A DNA stretch of 64,000 bases from an uncultured bacterium. Lineage in GTDB: Bacteria > Planctomycetota > JAJSAM01 > JAJVHW01. The position numbers and the translations under genes were made by a program. How positions within the stretch are numbered: the stretch's first letter is position 1; every line of letters begins with the position of its first letter. The stretch covers positions 242,444 to 306,443 of the forward strand of contig CALKVK010000032.1 of assembly GCA_937996235.1 (NCBI GenBank), given 5' to 3'. Under the pieces are notes generated by a model. The model saw nothing but the letters and a program-made list of their open reading frames with translations, ran no database searches and had not been told where the DNA came from. Below, in pieces: positions 9,740 to 19,916 of this stretch.

Positions 9740-10897
9740 ATGGAGCGAGCCCGCCGTCGCCGGATCGCGACGCTGCTGTTCGCGGCGGTCTGCGTCGCGG
9801 TGTTCCTCTACGCGTCCGGCGCGCTGCGCTCGGGACGCGTGGCGCCGGGCACCACGGCGATCGAGGCCGTGGTCCCGGAGCCGGCGGCGACCGTGACCGC
9901 CGAACGCGCCCGGGTGGCGGCCACCGAGACGGCGGTCGGCACGGTGCGCTCCCGGCGCCGGGTCGACGTCGCCGCGCAGGTGACGGGTCGTGTCGAGGCC
10001 GTCGCGGCGCGCGCCGGCGAGCGCGTGCGCGCGGGCACCGAGATCGTCGTGCTCGACGACCGCGAGGCACGCACCGCGTTGGCGCAGGCGCAGCAGACGC
10101 TCGAGGCGTCGGAGGCCGCGGTGCGGCGCGCGGACCAGGCGCTCGTGCAGGTCCGCGCGCGGCTCGACCAGGTCAGCGCACGCCGCGACCGCGTCCGGGC
10201 GCTCGCGGAGCGCGCCGCCGCCACGTCCGAGGAGGTGGAGGCCGCGGAGGCCGACTACCTCACGGCGCGTGCCGCCGTCGCGGATGCGGACGCGGCGATC
10301 GCCGCCGCCGCCGCCGCGCGCGAACGGGCGCGCGAGGGCGTCGGCGGGGCCGAGGTCGCGCTCGGCCACACGCGCGTGCTCGCGCCGATCGACGGCGTCG
10401 TCTCGGAGCGCCTCGTCGAGCCGGGCGACCTCGCGTGGCCGGGACGCACGCTGCTCGTGGTGCTCGATCCGTCCGCGCTGCGGCTCGAGGCGCAGGTGCG
10501 CGAGGGGCTGATCGCGCGCGTGCACGTCGGCGACCGGCTCGTGGTGTCGCTGCCCGCGGCGGCGCGCAGCGCGGACGGCGTCGTCGCCGAGATCCTGCCG
10601 ACGGCCGATCCGCTGTCGCGCACGTTCGAGGTGCGCGTGGATCTCGCCGACGCGCCGGGTGTGCTGCCCGGGATGTTCGGGCGGGTCGGCATCCCCGTCG
10701 GCGAGCGCGAGGTCGTGCGCCTGCCCGAGACCGCTGTCGCGCGCATCGGGCAGCTCAGCATGGTCGTGGTCCGGCAGGACGGCCGCTGGCGGCGGCGCCT
10801 GGTGACGCTCGGGGAGAGCTTCGACGACGGCGTCGTCGAGGTGCTCTCCGGACTTGCCGGCGGCGAGGTGGTGGGTACGCCCGGGACCGCGCGATGA
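9740..10897 (+). CDS. Efflux RND transporter periplasmic adaptor subunit (HlyD/MFP family)
   Basis: 385 aa. N-terminal TM anchor, coiled-coil hairpin region (A/E/R-rich), then beta-barrel/lipoyl-like segments. Its stop overlaps the start of the downstream RND pump (ATGA). Confidence 0.8.
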   Translation: MERARRRRIATLLFAAVCVAVFLYASGALRSGRVAPGTTAIEAVVPEPAATVTAERARVAATETAVGTVRSRRRVDVAAQVTGRVEAVAARAGERVRAGTEIVVLDDREARTALAQAQQTLEASEAAVRRADQALVQVRARLDQVSARRDRVRALAERAAATSEEVEAAEADYLTARAAVADADAAIAAAAAARERAREGVGGAEVALGHTRVLAPIDGVVSERLVEPGDLAWPGRTLLVVLDPSALRLEAQVREGLIARVHVGDRLVVSLPAAARSADGVVAEILPTADPLSRTFEVRVDLADAPGVLPGMFGRVGIPVGEREVVRLPETAVARIGQLSMVVVRQDGRWRRRLVTLGESFDDGVVEVLSGLAGGEVVGTPGTAR

Positions 10898-13800
10898 GCG
10901 GCGATCCCGGCCACGAGCCGCTCGTCCAGCGCATCGTCCGCGCGTTCGTCACCGGACCGCTCTCGCCGGTTCTCCTCCTGCTCGCCGTGACCGCCGGTGT
11001 GGTTGCGGTCCTCGGCACGCCGCGCGAGGAGGAGCCGCAGATCGAGGTGCCGTCGGCCGACGTGCTCGTCTCGTTCCCCGGGGCGTCCGCCGAGGAGGTC
11101 GAGCGCCTCGTCGCGACGCCGCTCGAGCGCCTGCTCTGGCAGGTCGACGGCGTCGAGCACGTCTACTCCGTCTCGCGCCGCGACGGCGCCGCCGTGACCG
11201 TCCGCTTCTTCGTCGGCGAGGACCGCGAGCGCGCCCTCGTCCGCCTGCAGTCGAGGATCGACGCGCACCGCGACGAGGTCCCGCCCGGAGTGACCGGCTG
11301 GGTCGTGCGCCCGGTGGAGATCGACGACGTCCCGATCGTGTGCCTGACGCTCTGGTCGGAGTCCTGCGGACCGGCCGAGCTGCGGCGCGTCGCGGAGGAA
11401 CTCGGCGCGCGGCTCGACGACGTGCCCAACCTCTCGCGCACCCAGGTGATCGGCGGGCAGCCGCGCGAGGTCCGCGTCGAGCTCGACGCCGAGGCTCTCG
11501 GCGCGCACGGACTCACGGCGCTCGACGTCTCGCGCGCCCTCGCCGGGGCGGATTCCGCGCGCACGGCCGGAGCGTTCGACGCACTCGACGCCCACACGGC
11601 CGTGGCCGCCGGGCCCTTCGTCGGCGGCAGCGCGGAGGCCGCGGAGCTGGTGGTGGGGGCGCATGCGGGGCGGCCCGTGCGCCTGCGCGACGTCGCGCGC
11701 GTGCTCGACGCACCGGCGGAGGCGCGCGACGTCGTCCGCCTGGCGTTCGGCGCGGCGGCGCGCGGTGCAGGGCCCGTCGGCGCGACGTTCCCGGCCGTCA
11801 CGCTCGCGCTCTCGAAGAAGCGCGGCACGAACGCCGTCGGCGTCGCCGACGACGTGCTCGCACGGGCGCGCGAGCTGGCGCGCGACGTCCTGCCCTCCGA
11901 CGTGCACGTGCTCGTCACGCGCGACCACGGCGCGACGGCCGACGCGAAGGTGGACGAGCTGCTCGAAGAGCTCGCGCTCGCGATCGTGACCGTGGTGGGG
12001 CTCGTCGCGCTGTCGCTCGGCTGGCGCGAGGGACTCGTCGTCGCGGCAGCGGTGCCCATCACGTTCGCGCTGACGCTGCTCGTGAACCTGCTGGCCGGAT
12101 ACTCCGTCAACCGCGTGACGTTGTTCGCGCTGGTGCTCGCGCTCGGGCTCGTCGTCGACGACCCGATCGTCGACGTCGAGAACATCCACCGCCACTTCGC
12201 GCGCAAGCTGCGGCCGCCGCTCGAGTCGGTGCTCGCCGCCGTCAACGAGGTGCGCCCGCCCGTGATCGTGGCGACGCTCGCGGTGATGGTCTCGTTCCTG
12301 CCGATGCTCTTCATCACCGGGATGATGGGCCCGTACATGCGCCCGATGGCGCTCAACGTGCCGATCGCGATGGCGATGAGCCTGCTCGTCGCGTTCACGC
12401 TGACGCCGTGGATGTCGTACCACATGCTGCGCTCGCGCTACGGCGTCGCCGACGCCCACGACGCGGAGCACCCGGGGTGGACGGGGCGCGCCTACCGGCG
12501 GCTGATGCGCGCGCTCCTCGGCAGCGCCGCCCTGCGCGGCGGGCTGCTCGTCGTCGTGCTGGCGCTCCTCGCCGGCGCGGGCGCGCTCGCGCTCACGGGC
12601 GCGGTCCCGCTGAAGATGCTGCCGTACGACAACAAGAGCGAGCTGCAGGTGCTCCTCGACATGCCGGAGGGCACGACGCTCGAGCGCACGGACTCCGTCG
12701 TCCAGGAGGTCGCGTCCGAGCTTCTCGGCGCGCCCGAGGTGACCGACCTCGCGAGCTACGTCGGCGTGCCGGGGCCGATCGACTTCAACGGTCTCGTGCG
12801 GCGCTACGCGACCCGCACGGCACCGCACCAGGCCGAGGTGCGCGTCAACCTGCTGCCCAAGCAGGACCGCGTCCAGCGCTCGCACGAGATCGGCCTGCGC
12901 CTGCGGAACGCGCTCACGGCGATCGCCGAGCGCCACGGCGCGCGTCTCAAGATCGTGGAGATGCCGCCCGGTCCGCCCGTGCTGTCGACGCTCGTGGCCG
13001 AGGTCCGCGGGCCGCCGGGCGTCGCGTACGAGGACCTCGTCTCCGGCGCGCGCGACGTCGAGCGCCGACTCGCCGCGGAGCGCGGCGTCGTGGACACGGA
13101 CGTGATGGCGGAGGACCCGCACGCGCGGCTCGACTACGCGCTCGACAAGGAGAAGGCCGCGCTGCACGGCGTCGCGACGGCCGACGTGACACGCACGCTC
13201 GCGCTGGCGCTCGGCGGCGAGGTCCCCGCCACCGTGCACGAGCCCGGCGAGCGCGCGCCGCTGGCGCTGCGGCTGCAGCTCCCGCGGGCGCGGCGCAGCA
13301 GTGCCGGCGACCTCGCGCGCGTACGCGTGCGCGGGGCCGGCGACGCGCTGGTGCCACTCGCCGAGCTCGGGAGCTTCGAGACGCGCACGGAGGACCAGCC
13401 CGTCTTCCACAAGGACCTCGCGCCGGTGGCGTTCGTGCTGGGCGACGTCGCGGGCCGGCCTCCGGCCGAGGTCGTGCTGGCGCTGCAGCGCGACCTGGGC
13501 GAGCGACCGCTCGCCGCCGGCGCCGTCGCCGCGTGGGACGGCGAGGGCGAGTGGAAGATCACGCTCGACGTGTTCCGCGACCTCGGCATCGCGTTCGCCG
13601 GGGCGCTCGTCGGCATCTACGTCCTGCTCGTCGTCGAGACGCGCTCGTTCGGCATGCCGCTGCTCGTGATGCTCGCGATCCCGCTCTCGGCGATCGGCAT
13701 CCTGCCGGGCTTCTGGCTGCTGAACGTCCTCGGCACGGCCCCCGTCGGCGGCCACGCCGCACCCGTGTTCTTCACGGCCACGGGCATGATCGGGATGATC

Positions 13801-14103
13801 GCGCTCGCCGGGATCGTCGTGCGGAACGCGATCATCCTCATCGACTTCGTGCGCCACCGCGTGGACGCGGGCGCGCCGCTCGACGACGCCGTCGTCGAGA
13901 GCGGCGCGGAGCGGCTGCGTCCCATCATCCTGACCGGCGGGACGGCGCTCCTCGGCGCGTGGCCCATCACGCTCGACCCGATCTTCTCGGGTCTGGCGTG
14001 GAGCCTGATCTTCGGCCTCGTCGCGTCCACCGCGTTCACGCTGGTCGTCGTCCCCGTCGCCTACCACACCCTGACGAAGGGCCGGAGCGCCGCCGCGCGC
14101 TGA
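10894..14103 (+). CDS. RND efflux transporter permease (AcrB/CusA superfamily)
   Basis: 1069 aa, in frame within the 9568..14103 ORF, with ATG at 10894. N-terminus MSGDPGHEPLVQRIVRAFVTGPLSPVLLLLAV. 12-TM topology with two large periplasmic loops. Confidence 0.85.
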   Translation: MSGDPGHEPLVQRIVRAFVTGPLSPVLLLLAVTAGVVAVLGTPREEEPQIEVPSADVLVSFPGASAEEVERLVATPLERLLWQVDGVEHVYSVSRRDGAAVTVRFFVGEDRERALVRLQSRIDAHRDEVPPGVTGWVVRPVEIDDVPIVCLTLWSESCGPAELRRVAEELGARLDDVPNLSRTQVIGGQPREVRVELDAEALGAHGLTALDVSRALAGADSARTAGAFDALDAHTAVAAGPFVGGSAEAAELVVGAHAGRPVRLRDVARVLDAPAEARDVVRLAFGAAARGAGPVGATFPAVTLALSKKRGTNAVGVADDVLARARELARDVLPSDVHVLVTRDHGATADAKVDELLEELALAIVTVVGLVALSLGWREGLVVAAAVPITFALTLLVNLLAGYSVNRVTLFALVLALGLVVDDPIVDVENIHRHFARKLRPPLESVLAAVNEVRPPVIVATLAVMVSFLPMLFITGMMGPYMRPMALNVPIAMAMSLLVAFTLTPWMSYHMLRSRYGVADAHDAEHPGWTGRAYRRLMRALLGSAALRGGLLVVVLALLAGAGALALTGAVPLKMLPYDNKSELQVLLDMPEGTTLERTDSVVQEVASELLGAPEVTDLASYVGVPGPIDFNGLVRRYATRTAPHQAEVRVNLLPKQDRVQRSHEIGLRLRNALTAIAERHGARLKIVEMPPGPPVLSTLVAEVRGPPGVAYEDLVSGARDVERRLAAERGVVDTDVMAEDPHARLDYALDKEKAALHGVATADVTRTLALALGGEVPATVHEPGERAPLALRLQLPRARRSSAGDLARVRVRGAGDALVPLAELGSFETRTEDQPVFHKDLAPVAFVLGDVAGRPPAEVVLALQRDLGERPLAAGAVAAWDGEGEWKITLDVFRDLGIAFAGALVGIYVLLVVETRSFGMPLLVMLAIPLSAIGILPGFWLLNVLGTAPVGGHAAPVFFTATGMIGMIALAGIVVRNAIILIDFVRHRVDAGAPLDDAVVESGAERLRPIILTGGTALLGAWPITLDPIFSGLAWSLIFGLVASTAFTLVVVPVAYHTLTKGRSAAAR

Positions 14104-14374
14104 CGAAAGTCGTTGCGGTGCGGCGCCCATGCGGTGAAATACGCCGTCTCCCGGACCGCGGCGCACGTCGCCGGGGCAGGGGCCGATGCAGGAAGACGAC
14201 GACTCCTCCGTTCGCGCGGGGCAGCGGATCGCCGCTCGCAGGGTGGGGATCGTGCTCGCGGTGCTCGTCGCGCTCCTGTTCGCGCTCCCGTTCCTGTACC
14301 GGACGCTGTAGCGGGGGAGGCGGGCGCCGCGCGGCGCCCCGCGCGGCCGGACGACAGGGAGCGGAGGTGACTCC

Positions 14375-15019
14375 TTGAGCAGCATCGCCCCCATCGATGC
14401 GATGGGACAGGAGCGCTACGGGCTGAAGACGTTCGGCTACACGCCGGGCAAGTTCGCCATGTGGCTGTTCCTCGCCTCGGACGCCATGGGCTTCGTCGGT
14501 CTGATCGGCGCGTACATCATCCTGCGCGCGAGCTACGTCGGCTCGACCTGGGTGCCGACCGTCGGCGACTGGACGGAGCACGGCGGTGGCGGCCTGCCGC
14601 ACCTCGACACGACCGTGACCGGCATCAACACGTTCATCCTGATCGTGTCGTCGTTCACGATGGTGCGCGCGCTCAGCGCGATCGGGAAGGGCAACCAGGC
14701 GGGCCTGAAGCTCTGGCTCGGTGCGACGATCCTCGGCGGCGCCACGTTCCTGGGCGTGCAGGTGTACGAGTACTCGCACCTGATGGCGCACGGGCTGCAC
14801 ATGCAGTCGCACCTGTACGGCGCGACCTTCTACATCTGCACCGCGTTCCACGGTGCGCACGTCCTCTCGGGCGTCATCTACCTCTCGTGCATCTGGATCG
14901 CCGCGGCGCGCGGTCGGTACACCGCCGAGAGCCACAGCCCGGTCGAGCTCGTGGGCCTCTTCTGGCACTTCGTGGACCTCGTCTGGATCATCCTGTTCAC
15001 GATCGTCTACCTGATCTGA
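14375..15019 (+). CDS. Heme-copper oxidase subunit III-family protein
   Basis: TTG start at 14375 (GGAGG 7 nt upstream); alternative ATG at 14402. Five-TM subunit III pattern (FAMWLFLASDAMGF...HGAHV...FWHFVDLVWI). Confidence 0.75.
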   Translation: MSSIAPIDAMGQERYGLKTFGYTPGKFAMWLFLASDAMGFVGLIGAYIILRASYVGSTWVPTVGDWTEHGGGGLPHLDTTVTGINTFILIVSSFTMVRALSAIGKGNQAGLKLWLGATILGGATFLGVQVYEYSHLMAHGLHMQSHLYGATFYICTAFHGAHVLSGVIYLSCIWIAAARGRYTAESHSPVELVGLFWHFVDLVWIILFTIVYLI

Positions 15020-15029
15020 GGGGAGCGCC

Positions 15030-15371
15030 ATGCACGCGGAACACCACGGTTCGGAAGTGCAGCACGACGCCGCCCACGGCGGGGACCACATGCGCCAGTA
15101 CTGGCGTGTGATCATCTCGCTCGCGGTGCTGACCGCCGTCGAGTTCGGCGTCGCGATCCCGCTCCACGGCCGCGAGGGCGCGATCCTCATGCTGGGCATC
15201 CTCGCCCTGCTCGGACTCGCCGCGTGGAAGGCCGCGCTCGTGGGCCGCTGCTTCATGCACCTGCAGTACGACCCGCGGCTCCTGTCGCTGATCGCGATCA
15301 CGCCCGTCGTGCTGGCCGGTCCGCTCCTCGCGGTGGGCGTGTTCGACGGTCGCCACGGCCCGAACTTCTGA
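15030..15371 (+). CDS. Cytochrome c oxidase subunit IV-like small membrane protein (prokaryotic CoxIV/DUF-type)
   Basis: 113 aa, His-rich N-terminus, then YWRVIISLAVLTAVEF and two TM helices. It lies 10 nt downstream of the subunit III gene. Confidence 0.6.
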   Translation: MHAEHHGSEVQHDAAHGGDHMRQYWRVIISLAVLTAVEFGVAIPLHGREGAILMLGILALLGLAAWKAALVGRCFMHLQYDPRLLSLIAITPVVLAGPLLAVGVFDGRHGPNF

Positions 15372-15434
15372 ACCGCCCGGCGCGCCGCCGCGTCCCGTCT
15401 CGCCACGACCCGGACGGGACCGTACGCTCTCGGG

Positions 15435-16781
15435 ATGATGCGTCCCGCCGCCGCGGCGATCGTCGCCGCGCTCGTCCTGAGCGCCGCCGTCGCTCCGCCG
15501 CGTGAGCCCGTCAGCGCCGCGCCGTCGGGCTCGGCGCGCAAGCTGGTCGACGCCTACCTGAAGGCACGCAAGGATGCGGACCGCGAGCGCGCGTGGGCGG
15601 AGATCGAGGCCTGCGCGCCGCTGACGCCGGCAGACGTGGCCGACCTCGCGCCGCGCCTGCTCGAGGGTGTCCGCAAGCAGCGCCGCAAGATCGAGTCGGG
15701 CCGCTCGGAGTGGTTCGACGAGAAGAAGGACGGCTGGCAGGGGCTCTACCTGACCAGCGGCAAGGGCAGGAAGGGTCTCGTGCTCGCACTCCACGGCGGC
15801 GGCGCGGGGGCGGGGGACGCCGGGCAGGCGGAGTCGTCGTTCGCGGGCGAGATCTCGGGGCTCGGGATGCGCGGCGTCTACCCGGAGGTCCTCCGCAAGA
15901 CCGAGTACGGCTGGACGGACCCGCCCGAGACGGAGCGGTGGATCATCGAGGAGTTGATCCCCGCGGCGATCCGCACGTGGGACGTGGACCCGAACCGCGT
16001 GTACGTGACCGGCCACTCGATGGGGGGCTACGGCACGTGGACCTACGGCGCCATCCACGCCGACCGCTTCGCGGCGGGGGCGGCGTTCGCGGGCGCCCCG
16101 ACGGTGTACTGGGCGCCGGGCCAGAAGGACCAGAAGGCCGACGGCGTCGTCGACGGCTACCTGCCGAACCTCTACCGCCTGCCGCTCTTCGTGTACCAGA
16201 GCCTCGACGACCGCAACGTCCCGGCCGCCGCGAACGTCTTCGCCTGTGCGCGCCTCGACGAGCTGCGCGCGTCGGACCCGGCCGGCTGGGAGCACGTCTA
16301 CGAGCAGGTGGACGGCCGCGGGCACGCGTTCCCCGAGAAGGGGCCGGGTCCCGGACTCGAGTGGATGGCGTCGCACGTGCGCGACCCGCGGCCGGTGCGC
16401 GTGCGCTGGCAGCCGTCCCGCGCGTGGAAGCACACGTTCTACTGGGTGCGCTGGGACGATCCGTGGCTCGGCGCCGAACTCGTCGCGTCCGTGGACCGCG
16501 AGGCCAACGCGATCGAGGTGACGATTGCGCGGCCGCGTTCGGCGACGCCACGCGAGACCGAAGCGGAGCGCGAGGCGCACGTCGCGACGCTCTCGTTCCA
16601 CGTCGACGGGCGGCTCGTGGACATGGCGCGCGAGGTCGTGGTCCGCGTGGACGGCGTCGAGCGCTTCCGCGGCGTTCCCGAGCTCGAGCTCGCGACGCTC
16701 GTGCGCAGCGTCGAGGAGCGTGAGGACCCGGAGTACGCGTTCGCCGCCCGGCTCCGTCTGCGGGCGGCGGGCGGGGACTAA
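15435..16781 (+). CDS. Secreted alpha/beta-hydrolase (esterase/peptidase S9-like; GHSMGG nucleophile elbow)
   Basis: Signal peptide MMRPAAAAIVAALVLSAAVA. GHSMGGYGTW serine motif. Catalytic D/H candidates lie downstream. Confidence 0.7.
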   Translation: MMRPAAAAIVAALVLSAAVAPPREPVSAAPSGSARKLVDAYLKARKDADRERAWAEIEACAPLTPADVADLAPRLLEGVRKQRRKIESGRSEWFDEKKDGWQGLYLTSGKGRKGLVLALHGGGAGAGDAGQAESSFAGEISGLGMRGVYPEVLRKTEYGWTDPPETERWIIEELIPAAIRTWDVDPNRVYVTGHSMGGYGTWTYGAIHADRFAAGAAFAGAPTVYWAPGQKDQKADGVVDGYLPNLYRLPLFVYQSLDDRNVPAAANVFACARLDELRASDPAGWEHVYEQVDGRGHAFPEKGPGPGLEWMASHVRDPRPVRVRWQPSRAWKHTFYWVRWDDPWLGAELVASVDREANAIEVTIARPRSATPRETEAEREAHVATLSFHVDGRLVDMAREVVVRVDGVERFRGVPELELATLVRSVEEREDPEYAFAARLRLRAAGGD

Positions 16782-16938
16782 TGGCTCCCCGCGCCGGTGC
16801 CGGTGCGTAAGATGAGGCGCCCGGCGACGTGATCCGGTAGGAAGCGCGATCGGGGGGGCGCGGGGCGGGGCGCAGCGTCCTCTGCCCGTTCGTGCCCGCC
16901 CGTCGCGGCGCTGCCGCAAGCCGATCGAGAGGACGTTC

Positions 16939-17688
16939 GTGCGGATCGCCATCATCTCGGACCTGCACGCCAACATCGAGGCGCTGGACGCCGTTCTCGC
17001 CCACATCGCGGGCCAGAACGTCACCGACATGGTCTGCCTCGGCGACGTCATCGGCTACGGGCCCAACCCGCGCGAGTGCATCCAGATCGTCAAGAACGTC
17101 CGCTTCTGCCTCATGGGCAACCACGAGGAGGCGGTGATGTTCTACGGCGAGGACTTCAACGAGAAGGCCCGGCAGGCGCTCGAGTGGACGAAGGAGCAGC
17201 TCAACTCGCCGGCGTTCGACCGCAGCGAGAACTACGAGATGTGGAACTTCCTCGGCGGCCTCGAGGAGAGCCACACCGAGGGCGACGTGCTGTACGTCCA
17301 CGGCTCGCCGCGCGTGCCGACCAAGGAGTACATGGTTCCGCAGGACATCCGGAACCGGGAGAAGATGACCGAGATCTTCTCCATGATCCCGTCGCTGTGC
17401 TTCGTCGGACACAGCCACATCCCCGGCGTCTACACCGACAACTTCCGCTTCCTCACGCCGGACCGGCTGGGCGGCAAGTACACGCACCAGGGCGGAAAGG
17501 CGCTGGTGAACGTCGGCTCCGTGGGTCAGCCGCGCGATGGTGACCCGCGCGCTTCGTACGTCATCTACGACGGCCGGAACGTCTTCTTCCACCGCGTCGA
17601 GTACGACGTGCGCACGACGATGGACAAGATCTACGCCACGCCCGGCCTTCCCAACTATCTCGCCGACCGGCTGATCGTCGGCCGCTGA
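16939..17688 (+). CDS. Metallophosphoesterase (calcineurin-like, YfcE/MJ0936-like)
   Basis: GTG start. Motifs ISDLHAN, GDVIGYGP, GNHE and GHSH. Confidence 0.8.
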   Translation: MRIAIISDLHANIEALDAVLAHIAGQNVTDMVCLGDVIGYGPNPRECIQIVKNVRFCLMGNHEEAVMFYGEDFNEKARQALEWTKEQLNSPAFDRSENYEMWNFLGGLEESHTEGDVLYVHGSPRVPTKEYMVPQDIRNREKMTEIFSMIPSLCFVGHSHIPGVYTDNFRFLTPDRLGGKYTHQGGKALVNVGSVGQPRDGDPRASYVIYDGRNVFFHRVEYDVRTTMDKIYATPGLPNYLADRLIVGR

Positions 17689-17812
17689 CCGGGCGGGGTG
17701 CGACGCGTGCGCGGCGAACGTGCGCGCGGCGACGCGGTTGTCGGAGGCGCGCCCCGCGCGCGCGTCCCGCAGCCGAGCACCCCGGGCCGCCGCCCCACGG
17801 AGACCCCGACGA

Positions 17813-19594
17813 ATGGAGAAGCGCGTCGTCCTGGCGATGGTCCTGAGCGTCGTCCTGCTCATGGGCTGGTCCGCTCTGGCCCGCAGGTACGCTCCGCCCC
17901 CGGCGCCGCCGCGGACGACCGTCGCCCCGGCGGACGGGCAGGGCGGACCGGACGCGCCGGCCGTACCGCCGCCGCCGCCGCCGCCGGACGGGCACGGCGA
18001 CGCGTCCGCGCCGGGCGCCGTCCCCGCCCCCGTGGCCGAGGACGCGCCGCCGACGACGCTCGACGTGGACCCGGGCCGCATCCGCTTCCGCGCGACCTCG
18101 GCGGGCGCCGGCCTCCAGCGCGCCGCGGTGTGGGCCTGCCCGGTGCACGCGGTCGACGATCCGGAGGCGCAGGACGACCCGGGTGTCGTCTCCGAGTCGC
18201 CCCCGGGCATGCCCGGCTTCCTCGCGACGAACCTGCTGGGCAGCGACCTCTACCGGCGCAACTGGACCCTCACGCGCGACGGCAACGGCTTCGTCGCGTC
18301 GATCGACGATCCCGAGCGGGGCGTGCGTCTCACGAAGACGGTGACGCCGGTCGCCACGGAGGCGGATCCGTACGGCATCGACGTGGAGATCCGGGTCGAG
18401 GGACTCGGAACGGGGACGGGGCGCGCGCTGACGCTCGAGGTGGTCGGTCCGGCCACCGTGCCGTCGTCGACGCCGTTCCCGGAGGACGGTGTCTGCGTCG
18501 CGCGTCCCGACCAGGACCTTTCGGTGCGCCACGCCGACGCGATCGTGAAGGAGCTCACGGCGAACCCCACGTTCGAGGAGTCGGCGGCCGGCGGGCTCAC
18601 GTGGGTCGGCACGCGCAACGGGTTCCACCTCGGCGCACTCGGATTCGTCGGGCCCGTCCCCGAGGGGGCGGCGGTCGGCTTCGTGCAGGGCGCGGCGACC
18701 CTCCACGGTGCGGCGCAGCCCGTGCTCGTTGCGGCGCCGACGCTGCGCATGCCCGTCGTGGTCCCCGCGGCGGGTCAGGTCGTGACGCTGCGCCTGCGCG
18801 CGTTCGCCGGTCCGAACAGCCGCCCGCTCCTCACGGCGGAGGATTCCCCGTACCGCGCGTACGCGGACGCGGTCGTCAACCGCGGCTTCTTCTTCCTGCG
18901 CTTCGGCTGGATCTCTCGCATCCTCGGCTGGTTCCTGCGCGTGCTGGCGTCGACCGGCATGGGCTACGGCGTCGCGATCGTGTGCCTCACGGTCATCGTG
19001 CGCGGACTGCTCTTCCCGATCTCGAAGAAGTCGCAGATCTCGATGCGCGTCCACGGCAAGAAGATGCAGCTCCTGAAGCCGCGCATGGACGCGATCAAGG
19101 AGAAGATCAAGGACCAGCGCAAGCAGCAGGAAGCGATCATGAAGCTGATGCGCGAGGAGAAGGTGTCGCCGGTGCCCGGCGGCTGCCTGCTCGCGTTCAT
19201 CCAGATGCCGATCTGGATCAGCCTCTACGGCGTGCTCCAGAGCACGTTCGAGCTGCGCCACGAGCGCTTCCTGTGGGCGGCCGACCTCACGCGCCCGGAC
19301 CACCTGCTGCGGCTGCCGTTCACCGACGGGCTGTGGATCGTCGACGGGTGGCTGAACCTCTTCCCGATCCTGATGATGATCACGTGGGGGATCTCGTCGT
19401 TCATGGCGCCCCTGCCCGACGACCCGCAGCAGCGGCAGACGGCGAAGATGATGCGCTGGATGCCCATGCTGTTCGGCGTGATGCTCTACAACTACGCCTC
19501 CGGCCTGTGCATCTACATGACGTGTTCGGCCATCTGGTCGATCGGCGAGATGCAGCTCATCAAGCGCGTGTGGCTCGCGAAGCTCGACCTCTGA
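17813..19594 (+). CDS. yidC: Membrane protein insertase YidC
   Basis: N-terminal TM MEKRVVLAMVLSVVLLMGW, a large periplasmic domain, and a C-terminal five-TM Oxa1 core (PISKKSQISMRVHGKKMQLLKPRMDAIKEKIKDQ...). The track ORF begins upstream at 17720. Confidence 0.85.
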   Translation: MEKRVVLAMVLSVVLLMGWSALARRYAPPPAPPRTTVAPADGQGGPDAPAVPPPPPPPDGHGDASAPGAVPAPVAEDAPPTTLDVDPGRIRFRATSAGAGLQRAAVWACPVHAVDDPEAQDDPGVVSESPPGMPGFLATNLLGSDLYRRNWTLTRDGNGFVASIDDPERGVRLTKTVTPVATEADPYGIDVEIRVEGLGTGTGRALTLEVVGPATVPSSTPFPEDGVCVARPDQDLSVRHADAIVKELTANPTFEESAAGGLTWVGTRNGFHLGALGFVGPVPEGAAVGFVQGAATLHGAAQPVLVAAPTLRMPVVVPAAGQVVTLRLRAFAGPNSRPLLTAEDSPYRAYADAVVNRGFFFLRFGWISRILGWFLRVLASTGMGYGVAIVCLTVIVRGLLFPISKKSQISMRVHGKKMQLLKPRMDAIKEKIKDQRKQQEAIMKLMREEKVSPVPGGCLLAFIQMPIWISLYGVLQSTFELRHERFLWAADLTRPDHLLRLPFTDGLWIVDGWLNLFPILMMITWGISSFMAPLPDDPQQRQTAKMMRWMPMLFGVMLYNYASGLCIYMTCSAIWSIGEMQLIKRVWLAKLDL

Positions 19595-19916
19595 GCCGCG
19601 CCCGGCCCGCCCTGCACTGTCCCCGCCCGCGCGTACCATCCTGACGTGCGCGCGGGCTCCGGCGGCCCGTCGGCACACCGGCGTCCGGAAGGGCCGCCGG
19701 CGTCCGGCCTCGAGTCGCCCGCGACCGTCCCGCGAGGCGCCGTCCGCACGCGGACGCGCGCCGCGTACGGCCCTCGCGTGGATGCGGAAACGGCTTGTGG
19801 CGCAACGGGTTGGGTCCTAGACTGCCTGCCATCGCAAGATCCTGGGGTGGCCGGGCGCGGGGACCGTCGTGTCCGCTCTGCCCGGGGCCGGCGCCCGGGC
19901 TCGTGGGGAGCCGCGC

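Noticed and set aside
9568-10893. 5' extension of the RND pump ORF (the 1511-aa ORF starting at 9568)
   Set aside because: The upstream 442 codons are R/G/A-rich with no membrane-protein character and overlap the adaptor gene. The ATG at 10894 gives a canonical AcrB-type N-terminus and ATGA coupling to the adaptor.
10255-14394. 1379-aa minus-strand ORF antisense to the RND pump; also 10854..14378 plus-strand alternate frame
   Set aside because: High-GC antisense or off-frame artefacts with no motifs. The RND permease frame shows the 12-TM architecture.
14997-19678. Minus-strand ORFs 14997..17051, 15943..18210 and 17561..19678, and plus-strand 17698..19644
   Set aside because: These are antisense or alternate-frame to the esterase, metallophosphoesterase and YidC. 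Translations are Arg/Gly/Pro-rich.
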